The notes: a model not told the origin generated them from the sequence alone. A stretch of DNA of 64,000 bases from an uncultured Pseudohongiella sp. (GCA_964535565.1 CAZHUJ010000002.1:99493-163492), one strand, 5' to 3'; positions 10,404 through 19,812 are shown, counted from the stretch's first letter. Program-made: numbers and translations.

Positions 10404-10682
10404 TTAATCGTCGATTACGTCGTCGGAGGGGTCTTCGTAATAATCGCTGTCATCGCTGTCGCGCATCACACGATTATCTTCCATGTCATCAAACTGAAGA
10501 TCGCCGTACATGCGCTTCCAGTCTAGCCGTTCTTCCGTTCGGCGCCGTAATTCGGTCAGGCGGCGACGCTGGGTATTTTTATCAAGCGGCTCGTCGTCAA
10601 AATCGACCTCTGACGTGAAACCACCTGCATCAAAAAAATCTTTTGAGCTATCGGTTAATTCGTCCCACGGATGACTTTTCAT
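10404..10682 (-). CDS. Small, highly acidic protein (92 aa from the internal ATG); resembles the PA3496-type envelope-integrity family
   Basis: The ORF track gives 10404-10784, but I prefer the ATG at 10682 (MKSHPWDEL). The protein has a central basic stretch (RRRLTELRRRTEERL) flanked by Asp/Glu-rich tails. The family assignment is tentative. Confidence 0.5.
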   Translation of the reverse strand: MKSHPWDELTDSSKDFFDAGGFTSEVDFDDEPLDKNTQRRRLTELRRRTEERLDWKRMYGDLQFDDMEDNRVMRDSDDSDYYEDPSDDVIDD

Positions 10683-10842
10683 ATGAATACTCTCTGTTAA
10701 ACCCCGGTTTGCGGAATCTTTTTGAGAAAGCAGGTTTTGTGCTGGTTCGGGAGTTCTTTTGGAACTGTCGAACCAGCCCGGCATTCACGAAGCGAATTAT
10801 GGGTATAAAAGAGAAGATTGCAATAGCCGAAAAAGATTTTTT

Positions 10843-12570
10843 TCAGCTTTGCTGGAAACGTTGAATTGCCTGTTCGCGCAGTAATTTTTTGGCGATTTTT
10901 CCCGTCGCAATGCGTTCAAGTTGTTCGGTTTGCAGCCAGATATGGCTGGGCACCTTGTAATGGGCGATGTGGTCCCGCAAGAAGTTTTGCAGTTCAGTTT
11001 CAGTCACCGGGCTGCCGGGTCGGACCATGACAGTGGCTCCGACAACTTCCCCCAGGCGCTCATCTGGCAGACCAAAAACCGCGGCCTCAAAAACGTCCGG
11101 GTGCTCTGAAAGCGCATATTCAACTTCAGCGCAGGCAACGTTTTCGCCGCCGCGGATCACAATATCTTTAGCCCGGTCCTTGATCACAATAAAACCGTGT
11201 TCGTCGATATATCCAATGTCACCGGTATGGAACCAGCCATCACGCAGGACCTCGGCGGTCTCCTCCGGACGCTTCCAGTAACCTTTCATCACGGTGGCGC
11301 CCTTGATACAGATTTCACCAACCTGACCCGCAGGCAGCAGATTACCGTTTTTATCCTCAATGCGGATTTCGGTGACGGGCTGCGTTGGGCGACCTGTGCT
11401 TTCCGGTTTGGCCAGATAAAACGCGCCGGTAATTGTTGCGCCGATAGCGTTGGTTTCGGTCAATCCGTACCCCAGACCCGGCTGTACAACACGGTCAAAT
11501 TTTTGCTGCATCAGTGTCACATGTCCTGGTGGTCTGGCGGCACCGCCGCTTTGTACCGTACGCAGACTACGCAGGTCGGTTTTTTCAAACATCGGAGAGT
11601 TCATCACCTCCCATGTCATCGTAGGTACACCATGCAGCACCGAGAGTCGTTCCTGTTCTATCAGTTCCAGCGCTTTTTCCGCATTCCACTTGTACATCAT
11701 CACGAACTTGCGCAGATACACAAAACTCACCAGGAACTGGGCATGGCAGCCGGTGACGTGAAATAGCGGGACATTGGACAGAATGCCTGGATCAAATTCC
11801 GGATTTTCTTCGACCAGCTCCGGACGCAAGCGGTCGGTGGCTTCTTTGCCAAATACCCAGCTGTACAGGGCGTTTATGATATTGCGGTGGGTGGAAAGTA
11901 CACCTTTGGGCGTGCCGGTGGACCCGGAGGTATACATGATGGAGGCGTCATCTTCAGGCTGTACATCAATCGCATCCAGATCAGTCTGCGGCCCCTGCTT
12001 GCCTGCTTCTGCCAGCGCATGAAACTCGGGAAAATCCTGATCGTCAGGTTTGATGGCAATAATCTGTACATTAACCTGATCCAGTGCCGGCTTTATCGCA
12101 TTGATGCGTTCCTGGTCGGCAAACAGCACCCGCGCGCCGCTGTCGTTGAGACCAAAGACCAGCTCATTGCTCTGCCACCAGGAGTTCATTGGCACAACAA
12201 TCGCCCCTGTCATGGTGATCGCCATATAGGCCAGGCACCACTCCGGATAATTGCGTGAGCAGATGGCCACCCGGTCACCTTTTTTGATGCCGTAGCGGTG
12301 GATCAGGGTCTGGGCAATCGCCTCTGCGGTTTCCAGTGACTGGCGGAAGGTATAACGCTCATTTTCGTAGATCAGAAAGTCTTTATCTGCGGCATTCAGC
12401 CCCAGCTTGTAAAGCTGGCGCAGGTTCGAAGGGACATTGGCAAATACGGTTTGTTCGCGGCCGTCAATAATCGCCTTGGTCACCCCCAGCGGAGAGTCAG
12501 GTGATCTGAGTTCTATAACAATTTCCCTGAGAGTGGCCAGATCCTTTTCGATTTGTTCAGCTGTGAGCAT
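10843..12570 (-). CDS. Long-chain acyl-CoA synthetase / AMP-binding enzyme (575 aa)
   Basis: AMP-binding motif I MYTSGSTGTPKG, later GWFHTGDIG and the C-terminal ATGKIAKKLLRE lysine motif. Confidence 0.85.
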   Translation of the reverse strand: MLTAEQIEKDLATLREIVIELRSPDSPLGVTKAIIDGREQTVFANVPSNLRQLYKLGLNAADKDFLIYENERYTFRQSLETAEAIAQTLIHRYGIKKGDRVAICSRNYPEWCLAYMAITMTGAIVVPMNSWWQSNELVFGLNDSGARVLFADQERINAIKPALDQVNVQIIAIKPDDQDFPEFHALAEAGKQGPQTDLDAIDVQPEDDASIMYTSGSTGTPKGVLSTHRNIINALYSWVFGKEATDRLRPELVEENPEFDPGILSNVPLFHVTGCHAQFLVSFVYLRKFVMMYKWNAEKALELIEQERLSVLHGVPTMTWEVMNSPMFEKTDLRSLRTVQSGGAARPPGHVTLMQQKFDRVVQPGLGYGLTETNAIGATITGAFYLAKPESTGRPTQPVTEIRIEDKNGNLLPAGQVGEICIKGATVMKGYWKRPEETAEVLRDGWFHTGDIGYIDEHGFIVIKDRAKDIVIRGGENVACAEVEYALSEHPDVFEAAVFGLPDERLGEVVGATVMVRPGSPVTETELQNFLRDHIAHYKVPSHIWLQTEQLERIATGKIAKKLLREQAIQRFQQS

Positions 12571-12681
12571 AGTCTTCCACGTTCGTTTTTAATCAGGTCT
12601 ATATTGACGGAAGAGCCAGATTATACGTTGACACCTTTCGGAATCAAGGGATATCGAGCGCCTGTTCAGTCAAATTATTTT

Positions 12682-13665
12682 CTACTCGGATTTTATTTTC
12701 AGCGTAACCTTTCCCATAACCTTGCGGTCGCGAAAAACGTTGAATGCGTCGATATAGTCGCCGAAATCAAAAGATTGCGTCACTATGGGGCGAATCTTGC
12801 CTGCGGCGTACAGGGCCAGCAATTCCTGGAAATTGCGTTCATATTCCTCAGGCTCCTCCTTGCGGAAACGCCCCAGAAATACACCGACCATGGAGCTGCC
12901 TTTAAGCAGTGCAAGGTTGGCGGGATATTGTGGAATACGACCACTGGTAAAACCCACCACCAGCAGACGACCATTCCAGGCGATGCAGCGCGTTGCCTGA
13001 TCAAAAAGATCGCCGCCAACGGGGTCGTATATAACATCGGCACCGCGGTCATTGGTCAGTGTTTTGACTTTTTCCTTCAGATCTCCGTCGCCGTAATTCA
13101 GCAGCTCGTCCGGGCCAGCCTGTTTGACAAATTGTAGTTTTTCATCACTGCTGGCAGCCGCAATTACGCGCGCACCCATCAGTTTGCCGAGTTCGACTGC
13201 GGCCATGCCGACACCGCCGCTGGCACCCAGAACCAGTAAGGTTTCACCGGGTTGCAGGCGTGCCCGCTGTTTGAGAGCGTGGTAAGAAGTGGTGTAAATC
13301 ATGGCAAAACCGGCGGCGGTCTTAAAATCCATGTTGTCCGGGATCTTGCGCAGACCAGATGCTGCACAGCGTACCTGTTCAGCCATGCCCCCGATGGACG
13401 GAATGGCCATCACCCGGTCACCGATCTGGAAGCCTTTAAGACCTTTGCCAGCCTTGATGATCACCCCGCCAACTTCAGAGCCGGGGGAGAAGGGCATCGG
13501 TGGCTGGAACTGGTACTTGCCCTGGATTTGCAGTGTGTCAGGAAAATTCAGTGAGGCCGCATACACTTCCACAATGGCCTCACCTGGGCCTGGTTCCAGA
13601 TCAGGCACCTCTTCGATAATCAGGTTTTCCGGCGGGCCATAGGATTTGCATAACAATGCTTTCAT
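12682..13665 (-). CDS. NADPH:quinone oxidoreductase (zinc-type alcohol dehydrogenase / MDR superfamily)
   Basis: The internal start MKALLCKSYGPPENL at 13665 is preceded by AGGAG. Rossmann motif GASGGVGMAAVELGK is present. The 67-codon upstream extension in the ORF track has no homology-like features. Confidence 0.85.
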   Translation of the reverse strand: MKALLCKSYGPPENLIIEEVPDLEPGPGEAIVEVYAASLNFPDTLQIQGKYQFQPPMPFSPGSEVGGVIIKAGKGLKGFQIGDRVMAIPSIGGMAEQVRCAASGLRKIPDNMDFKTAAGFAMIYTTSYHALKQRARLQPGETLLVLGASGGVGMAAVELGKLMGARVIAAASSDEKLQFVKQAGPDELLNYGDGDLKEKVKTLTNDRGADVIYDPVGGDLFDQATRCIAWNGRLLVVGFTSGRIPQYPANLALLKGSSMVGVFLGRFRKEEPEEYERNFQELLALYAAGKIRPIVTQSFDFGDYIDAFNVFRDRKVMGKVTLKIKSE

Positions 13666-13816
13666 GCGGTCGCTCCTGAAACGTATGTTCGGTATATAAC
13701 AAACAATTGATTCAAACATGTTTGGGCTGTATCGACAACAGACAAGGCTCGAAACTCTGCCGTATAATGCGCCACATTGTTTTACACACCTCTTACTGAC
13801 ACTGACGGACTGACCG

Positions 13817-14686
13817 ATGGCCGCCGAACAGATTCGCCGCGCCTTGCTTGCACAAACCGGCATCACCTGCTGGTTCCCGCGTTGGTCGCTGCCAGGCGCC
13901 GCGCCGTCGCACCCGGAGTGTTTTGATGAGCCGGACAGTGAGCAAGAGCCTGCTCAAATTCCGGAAATACCCGCGAACCCCGTTTTGCCTGTGGCTTCAG
14001 AAAAGCCTGGCGCGCCAGCTGCATCTTCTGCACTGGAGATGATGCGCAGCCTGGTTGATACCGCTGAGAAAAAACCAGTGGCACCTGTTGAGACCCCGGC
14101 ACCACCTGCCCAGAGCAGTCTTAATAATGCCGCGCCGGTCAATTTTGCAGCGGTCAATGTAGAGCAGGTCAGGGCAGAGCCAGTGGGCACCGTTGAGTCG
14201 TTTGCATTCAGCTGGTTTGCGGTGGACCGACGTTTGGCCGTGCTGGCGATGTTGCCGCAGGGGGCAGACAGGCTTTCAGGCAGCTGCCGCCAGATGTTGA
14301 CGCGCCTGATCGCAGCCTTGCATCCCTCATTGCAACACGTGGCACTGAGCGAGCAGAGTTTCCACTGGCCGTTTGTGGATGCGCCGGATCTGCCTGCTGA
14401 TGCTGCCGCTGCCCGTCAGGCCGCAGATGCTTTTGTCGCCCGCAGATTGCGTGAGCAGAACGCGGCTCTGGTGTTGCTGCTGGCTGACGAGATTCCCTGG
14501 TTTATTGCCGCAGATGGAAAAACTGCTGCAGTAGACAGCCAACTGATTGTGCATCCCCGCTTCGGGTTTGCAATGTTGAGTACCCATTCCCTGCACGCCA
14601 TGGAGCAAAGTCCTGGACTCAAGCGCGAGGCCTGGCAAGCGCTGCAACTGGTTCGAGACCGTCTGGCTCGCAGTCAGGGAAGCTGA
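13817..14686 (+). CDS. DNA polymerase III psi subunit-like protein (HolD-like) with a long Pro/Ala-rich insert
   Basis: The N-terminal LLAQTGITCWFPRWSLPG resembles E. coli HolD QQLGITQWSLRRPG. It sits directly upstream of rimI, as in the holD-rimI operon. Confidence 0.5.
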   Translation: MAAEQIRRALLAQTGITCWFPRWSLPGAAPSHPECFDEPDSEQEPAQIPEIPANPVLPVASEKPGAPAASSALEMMRSLVDTAEKKPVAPVETPAPPAQSSLNNAAPVNFAAVNVEQVRAEPVGTVESFAFSWFAVDRRLAVLAMLPQGADRLSGSCRQMLTRLIAALHPSLQHVALSEQSFHWPFVDAPDLPADAAAARQAADAFVARRLREQNAALVLLLADEIPWFIAADGKTAAVDSQLIVHPRFGFAMLSTHSLHAMEQSPGLKREAWQALQLVRDRLARSQGS

Positions 14687-14718
14687 TTGCATTGTGATAT
14701 TAAGAGTGTTCGGCATTT

Positions 14719-15198
14719 ATGTTTGAAACCCCCACCGAATCTACTGCGATTGTTTGTCGTCGCATGCGTCCCAGTGACCTTGATCAGGTTGTCAGGAATG
14801 AAGAGCTTTCCTACCCGAACCCCTGGAGCAAACGTATTTTTTCGGATTGCTTGCGGGCAGCTTATGAGTGCTGGGTACTGGCCACCCGCGACCAGATACT
14901 GGCGCACGGCGTGTTGAGTGCCGCTGTGGGTGAAAGCCACCTGTTGACCCTGTGTGTACATCCTGACGCCCGTCGCAAGGCCTACGGACGCCGTCTGTTG
15001 CAGCACCTGTTAAAGGAGGCTGCACGTCTGCAGGCGGAGGCCTGTTTTCTGGAAGTCAGGCCTTCCAATCAAGCAGCTCGATCACTTTATTATTCAATGG
15101 GTTTTGTGCAGGTGGGCGAGCGGCGGCAGTATTATCCGGCCGAGCGGGGCAGTACCTTCCGCGAAGATGCGCTGATTTTGTCCCGCAGTCTGCCTTGA
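14719..15198 (+). CDS. rimI: Ribosomal-protein-alanine N-acetyltransferase (GNAT)
   Basis: GNAT acetyl-CoA motif (RRKAYGRRLLQHLL), a size of 159 aa and the position after a holD-like gene. Confidence 0.8.
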   Translation: MFETPTESTAIVCRRMRPSDLDQVVRNEELSYPNPWSKRIFSDCLRAAYECWVLATRDQILAHGVLSAAVGESHLLTLCVHPDARRKAYGRRLLQHLLKEAARLQAEACFLEVRPSNQAARSLYYSMGFVQVGERRQYYPAERGSTFREDALILSRSLP

Positions 15199-15202
15199 TA
15201 GA

Positions 15203-16054
15203 GTGTTGCAGGAGTATGGTTTGATCAGGATTTTTAGTTTGCTGCTGGTGGCTGTGTGTTTACTTGGCTGCCGCCAGCTTTCATTGGCGCAGGTTGCGAG
15301 CGTTGAGCCGCTGCCGGCTTTGCCGGAGTTGACAGCGGCCCAGTCAGACTGGGTCGCGGACCGCATTTTTGCCAATGAATGCAATCGCCAGGTCAGCTGT
15401 CTGACCAGCTGGAACGTGGGTGAGGATTTCCCGTCATTGGGAATCGGGCATTTTATCTGGTACCGCGCCGGGCAGCAGGAGCGGTTTGTGGAAAGTTTCC
15501 CTGAGCTGCTGGCATATTATGTGGCTCGCGGCGTGGAGTTGCCGGCCTGGATTTCCGGGTTGCCGGGCTGGGATTCACCCTGGCACAGCCGTGAGGAGTT
15601 TCTGGCTGAACGCGAGGGTCAGCGCCTGACATCGTTACGCGATTTCTTGCTGCAGACTCGGGGTATACAGGCCGAGTTTATTATCCGCCGCCTGCAACAA
15701 AGCTTGCCCGCCATTGCTGCCGCCAGTCATTCCCCCGAGGCCGTCAGCCAACTGTTTTATGAAGTGGCCTATGCCCAGGTGCCGCAAGGAATGTATGCCC
15801 TGATAGACTATGTCAACTTCAAGGGCGAAGGCACTGCTGCCAGCGAACGTTATCAGGGGCAAGGCTGGGGCCTGTTACAGGTGTTGGAACAAATGCTGGC
15901 AGAACCGTCATCCGAGCCTGTGCTGGATCGTTTTGCGGCGGCTGCACGCACCGTGCTTGCGCGCCGAATAGACAATGCCCCCGCTGAGCGCGGCGAAGAG
16001 CGCTGGCGCCAGGGCTGGAACAATCGCACGCTGACTTACCAGATATCACAATGA
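15203..16054 (+). CDS. Conserved hypothetical lipoprotein
   Basis: The N-terminus carries a lipobox (LLVAVCLLGC). The start is uncertain: GTG at 15203, or TTG at 15221 after AGGAG. I recognise no family. Confidence 0.55.
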   Translation: MLQEYGLIRIFSLLLVAVCLLGCRQLSLAQVASVEPLPALPELTAAQSDWVADRIFANECNRQVSCLTSWNVGEDFPSLGIGHFIWYRAGQQERFVESFPELLAYYVARGVELPAWISGLPGWDSPWHSREEFLAEREGQRLTSLRDFLLQTRGIQAEFIIRRLQQSLPAIAAASHSPEAVSQLFYEVAYAQVPQGMYALIDYVNFKGEGTAASERYQGQGWGLLQVLEQMLAEPSSEPVLDRFAAAARTVLARRIDNAPAERGEERWRQGWNNRTLTYQISQ

Positions 16055-16064
16055 GCACACGCAT

Positions 16065-17165
16065 ATGAGTTACGAAAGATCGAATATACGGCGCATGGAA
16101 GGTTACACCTGGGGTGAGCAGCCAAGCCAGCAAAAGGTCATCAAGCTGAATACCAATGAAAACCCGTACCCGGCAAGCGCTGCGGTCGCAGAAGCGCTGC
16201 GTCAGGCCTGCGTGGAAGACCTGCGCCGTTATCCGCAACCATTTGCCAATGGCTTTCGTGAAGTTGCTGCGCAGGCTCATGGTGTCAGTGTTGACAATAT
16301 TATGGCCACCAATGGTGGTGACGAACTGCTGCGACTGGTGATTACTACCTTTGTGGATGCCGGTCAGGTGATTGGCATGGCAGAGCCAAGTTACTCACTT
16401 TATCCAGTGTTGGCCGCAGTGCAGGGGTGTCAGGTAGCCCGGATTCCGTTAAACGAGGATTGGACGCTTCCACAAGACTTTGCGGCACGGCTGAACGCGG
16501 AGGGGGCACGTCTCGCATTTGTGGTCAATCCGCATGCTCCGTCCGGAAAATTACTCTCTGTAGAGCGTCTGCGACAGCTGGCTGCCGAGTTTAAAGGGGT
16601 GCTGGTAATTGACGAGGCCTATGTGGATTTTATAGATCCGGAGCTGGCCTATAATGCGGTGCCACTGATTCAGGAATTTGATAACGTGTTGTTGCTGCGT
16701 ACCCTGAGTAAAGGCTACTCGCTTGCTGGATTGCGTTTTGCATACGGAATCGCTTCCACAACATTGATCGAACCAATGTTGTACAAAACCCGCGACAGTT
16801 ATAACACGGACCACTTGTCACAGTTACTGGCAAGGGCCGCACTACAGTCGCGTGATGAAGCGGCACAGAGCTGGCGCCTGGTACGTGAACAGCGTCAGCG
16901 CGTGACCGAAGATCTGACCGCGCTGGGTTTTACAGTGATGCCAAGCCAGAGCAATTTTGTGCTGGCAGCGGCGCCCGCTCAGGGCTCTGCGGCCGACAAT
17001 GAGGCGCTGGCCCGACGCCTGTATCAGCAACTTAAAGACGATGGCATTCTGGTGAGATATTTTGACCAGCCGCGTTTACGTGACAAACTGCGTATTACCA
17101 TAGGCACCGCAGAGGAGAACACGCAGTTGCTGAACAGTCTTGGACGTTATTTGAGCGCGGGCTGA
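16065..17165 (+). CDS. Histidinol-phosphate aminotransferase family (class II PLP aminotransferase)
   Basis: LNTNENPYP N-terminal motif and PLP-lysine context TLSKGYSLAGLRFAY; 366 aa. Confidence 0.8.
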   Translation: MSYERSNIRRMEGYTWGEQPSQQKVIKLNTNENPYPASAAVAEALRQACVEDLRRYPQPFANGFREVAAQAHGVSVDNIMATNGGDELLRLVITTFVDAGQVIGMAEPSYSLYPVLAAVQGCQVARIPLNEDWTLPQDFAARLNAEGARLAFVVNPHAPSGKLLSVERLRQLAAEFKGVLVIDEAYVDFIDPELAYNAVPLIQEFDNVLLLRTLSKGYSLAGLRFAYGIASTTLIEPMLYKTRDSYNTDHLSQLLARAALQSRDEAAQSWRLVREQRQRVTEDLTALGFTVMPSQSNFVLAAAPAQGSAADNEALARRLYQQLKDDGILVRYFDQPRLRDKLRITIGTAEENTQLLNSLGRYLSAG

Positions 17166-17680
17166 TGAGCGCGGACCTGTTTGACAACGTAGAGCAGGAG
17201 CCGCCAAAACCGGCTCCACGGCAGGTTTTTTGCCCTCGTTGTCGACAGCCGATGCGTCGTATTACCGGTAAACTGGGTCCGTTCTGGGGCTGTTCCGCTT
17301 ACCCGGAATGTGAGGGGCGTCTGTATGACATAGACGGCAAACCTTCTGAAACCCCTGATCAGCGCTTTCGCTGCCCGGTTTGCACGCGGCCTCTGGCCAA
17401 GGCGGAGGCAAAACCAGGAGGCACCGGCGGTGATTACTGGTACTGCCTTGGCTACAACAAAGGCTGTAAGGTGCGGCTGGCGGATGACAACGGCCAGCCG
17501 GCCAAAGCATGGCGGTGTCCGGTATGTGGGCACCTGTTGAAACAACGTCACAGCAAAAATGGTTTGTTCTGGGGATGTTCACAATATCCACTGTGTCAGA
17601 CCAGTTTTCCGGACAGGGATGGAGAGCCGCGGTTCCCTGATCCGGCTCAATCCAGGTCGCGCGGTAAACCACGGCGCTAG
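17165..17680 (+). CDS. Topoisomerase-type C4 zinc-ribbon protein (YrdD-like)
   Basis: Three repeats of CPxC...FWGCSxYPxC (for example CPRCRQPM...GPFWGCSAYPEC). The ATG overlaps the upstream stop by 1 nt (TGATG). Confidence 0.7.
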   Translation: MSADLFDNVEQEPPKPAPRQVFCPRCRQPMRRITGKLGPFWGCSAYPECEGRLYDIDGKPSETPDQRFRCPVCTRPLAKAEAKPGGTGGDYWYCLGYNKGCKVRLADDNGQPAKAWRCPVCGHLLKQRHSKNGLFWGCSQYPLCQTSFPDRDGEPRFPDPAQSRSRGKPRR

Positions 17681-17699
17681 CGGTCGGAGTCAGGTAGTC

Positions 17700-17984
17700 A
17701 TGTCAGATCGGGAATCAGTTTATAAACCCTCCAGAGGCAGGCGCCGGTTTTTCCTGCATGCCATTATTGGGGGGCTGATGATTGGCCTGACCTCATTATG
17801 GGCGTTGACCGTGACTTACGATATTCCGCGTGAAGAGCTGATACGGTATTTGCTGAGCACGTTGCTGATGTTGGTGATTGTGCTGATTTCGGCTGCGGTA
17901 TTAGTGCTGCTGGTCAAGCTGCCGCTGTTTATCCTCAACAAGTTGCGCGGCGCAAATAACGATAACGATCTGTCAGGACGATAA
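17700..17984 (+). CDS. Small membrane protein (94 aa)
   Basis: I prefer the ATG at 17700 (MSDRESVYKPSRGRRRFF) over the ORF-track start at 17559, which overlaps the previous gene. Two hydrophobic helices are present. Confidence 0.5.
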   Translation: MSDRESVYKPSRGRRRFFLHAIIGGLMIGLTSLWALTVTYDIPREELIRYLLSTLLMLVIVLISAAVLVLLVKLPLFILNKLRGANNDNDLSGR

Positions 17985-18422
17985 CAGCGGAGTCAGCACC
18001 AGATAGTTGCTGATACACCAGCGATTGTCTTGCCGCTGCAGGCTGATTTTGATATTGGCGTAGCCATTGGCGAAGTCCGCTTGCATTGTGTACTCCGCGC
18101 TGCCTCTGCGGTATAGCTGCCAGGGCGGTCCAAGTTCCATCGTAAACTGGATGTTGTGTATCTGCTGCAGTGCGCCCAGGCGCCGTTGCAGGGTTGTGAA
18201 ATACCTGCCGTAGAACTCTGCCCCTGGTTTATCCAGCAGCGTATCAGCAGCGTGGTCAAGCAGGGGTTGAGGGTTCCAGCTACCGAGCGCCTCGGCATTA
18301 ACTTGCATCACTAACTCGGTTGCCTGAGTCAGTGCCCGCTTGTGCAAAAAAACAGCCCCTGCGGCCCCTGCTGTGCACAGAATCAGGGCAGACAATAACA
18401 GGCGGAATAATGGCGTTGTCAT
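17973..18422 (-). CDS. Hypothetical exported protein (149 aa)
   Basis: Signal-peptide-like N-terminus MTTPLFRLLLSALILCTAGAAGA. No family recognised. Confidence 0.5.
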   Translation of the reverse strand: MTTPLFRLLLSALILCTAGAAGAVFLHKRALTQATELVMQVNAEALGSWNPQPLLDHAADTLLDKPGAEFYGRYFTTLQRRLGALQQIHNIQFTMELGPPWQLYRRGSAEYTMQADFANGYANIKISLQRQDNRWCISNYLVLTPLLSS

Positions 18423-18750
18423 TGCGATTGAACGTCCTTGCCGGGATGTTACCGGGATGTTATTTGGTCTGGTTTTGCGGTGGTTAGATTATAGTGCTGA
18501 AAATCTGAGTAAAAACAGAGACAAATCGCCATTTTTTGCAGTTGCGCGTGAAAATCATGGGTTTTTATGCACATAGATGTCAGTGGTGTCAACTCCTTGA
18601 GCGTACTAACCGATTAGTCTTAAAACTCAGGTGCATTTTGCTAAATTATTGATTTTTAAGAAAATTGACTTTGTATAAAATTTGATCAATTTGACTCAAG
18701 ACACCATGGGACAAGCGTTTATAGCATTTGTAAGCAAGTTATCAACTGAG

Positions 18751-18773
18751 TTATCCACAGATTCTGTGGACAA
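18751..18773. promoter_or_regulatory. Inverted pair of DnaA boxes
   Basis: TTATCCACA (18751-18759, perfect consensus), then 5 nt, then TGTGGACAA (18765-18773), which is the reverse complement of TTGTCCACA. The pair sits inside a ~640 bp AT-rich noncoding region. Confidence 0.5.
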
Positions 18774-19059
18774 TACTGGCGAGCAAAAAAGAATCCAAAA
18801 TTTTGTGTCAGGTCAACCCGTCTAAACGTAAATTTTCCCCTTTTTCGGTATGAATTTTGCTGGACAAGAAAGATCAGGTCTGATTGGGAAGAGGGGAAAC
18901 AACGGGTGCATTGAATTGTTACCACAATGCCCATATCTAGGGGGGTAGCCGCCGGTTTTACACTGGTGGAAAATTTGCACTGGTGCTATTGTAGATTTGC
19001 CTGCTGTTCACAGGCACAGGATTCACAGGGCACTTGACTCATACGAGGGCTGACGCATT

Positions 19060-19704
19060 ATGGTTGAACTCTCCAGTAACATCCCTTTTTTATGGCGCCT
19101 TAGCCCTGAATCCAGCGAAGGCTTCTGTATGGTATCGATGGTGGTTCCGTTTGAGTCTGAGGATGAAAGCGACGAATCGCGCGATTTGACAATTGAGACC
19201 AGTGTGGTCAGTTTTTCTGCAGACAGCTCCCGTGCGGAACGCGAGGAAATGCTGGAGTGGAACCAGGACGATATGAGCCTTTTCCTGAAACTGGTGACGT
19301 GTCACCAGCAAGGGGCGAGTGCACCGGTTGCTGAATCAGTGCGCGTGGATCTGACCGATCCGGCCATTATTGACATTATCCATGTGGTTGCAGCCGCCGG
19401 TTTTGGTACTGCCTATTCTTCACACGGTCTGCTGCTGAACTCGGTAGGACGTTACCCGCCGCATGCCTGTGATGTTGGCAGCTTTGCTGCATTAAACACC
19501 GTCGACGGTTTTAAACGTTGTGTTGTTGTGGATATGGACGGTGAGGATGTGGTTGTTGTGCTGCTGGAAGAAATTGACGCCGTGTCGGTTGGTGAATACG
19601 ACAGACTGGTACGTCATGACCTGTTGATGGTCAAGCAGACTGATCTGCTTCACCCTGATTTTGCCACCGATCTGGTGCGTCCACCGTACGCCACACTGCA
19701 TTGA
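19060..19704 (+). CDS. Hypothetical acidic protein (214 aa)
   Basis: Long ORF with no competing gene. No motif recognised, and the start is uncertain (alternative MVSMVVPF). Confidence 0.45.
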   Translation: MVELSSNIPFLWRLSPESSEGFCMVSMVVPFESEDESDESRDLTIETSVVSFSADSSRAEREEMLEWNQDDMSLFLKLVTCHQQGASAPVAESVRVDLTDPAIIDIIHVVAAAGFGTAYSSHGLLLNSVGRYPPHACDVGSFAALNTVDGFKRCVVVDMDGEDVVVVLLEEIDAVSVGEYDRLVRHDLLMVKQTDLLHPDFATDLVRPPYATLH

Positions 19705-19812
19705 TCCTGTTGCAGCGCTCTGCTGCATTATTGCACTTGTCACGTCCTTCGTTTTGCTGTTAGTTTCCTGAGCAGTGGTTTTATACCAATAACAACAAAA
19801 CGGGGGGAACGT

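Noticed and set aside
12682-13866. Long N-terminal extensions of several ORF-track calls (for example 12682-13866, 31266-32195, 37510-39276, 53143-55353, 25370-25927, 24312-25346)
   Set aside because: In each case an internal ATG preceded by a Shine-Dalgarno-like sequence gives a canonical family N-terminus or signal peptide. The upstream extension has no protein-like features or overlaps the neighbouring gene.
18423-19059. Chromosomal replication origin (oriC)
   Set aside because: There are only two strong DnaA boxes, no clear array of AT-rich 13-mers or multiple GATC clusters, and no dnaA, dnaN, rpmH, gidA or mioC genes nearby. I keep it as a DnaA-box regulatory or titration candidate, not an origin.
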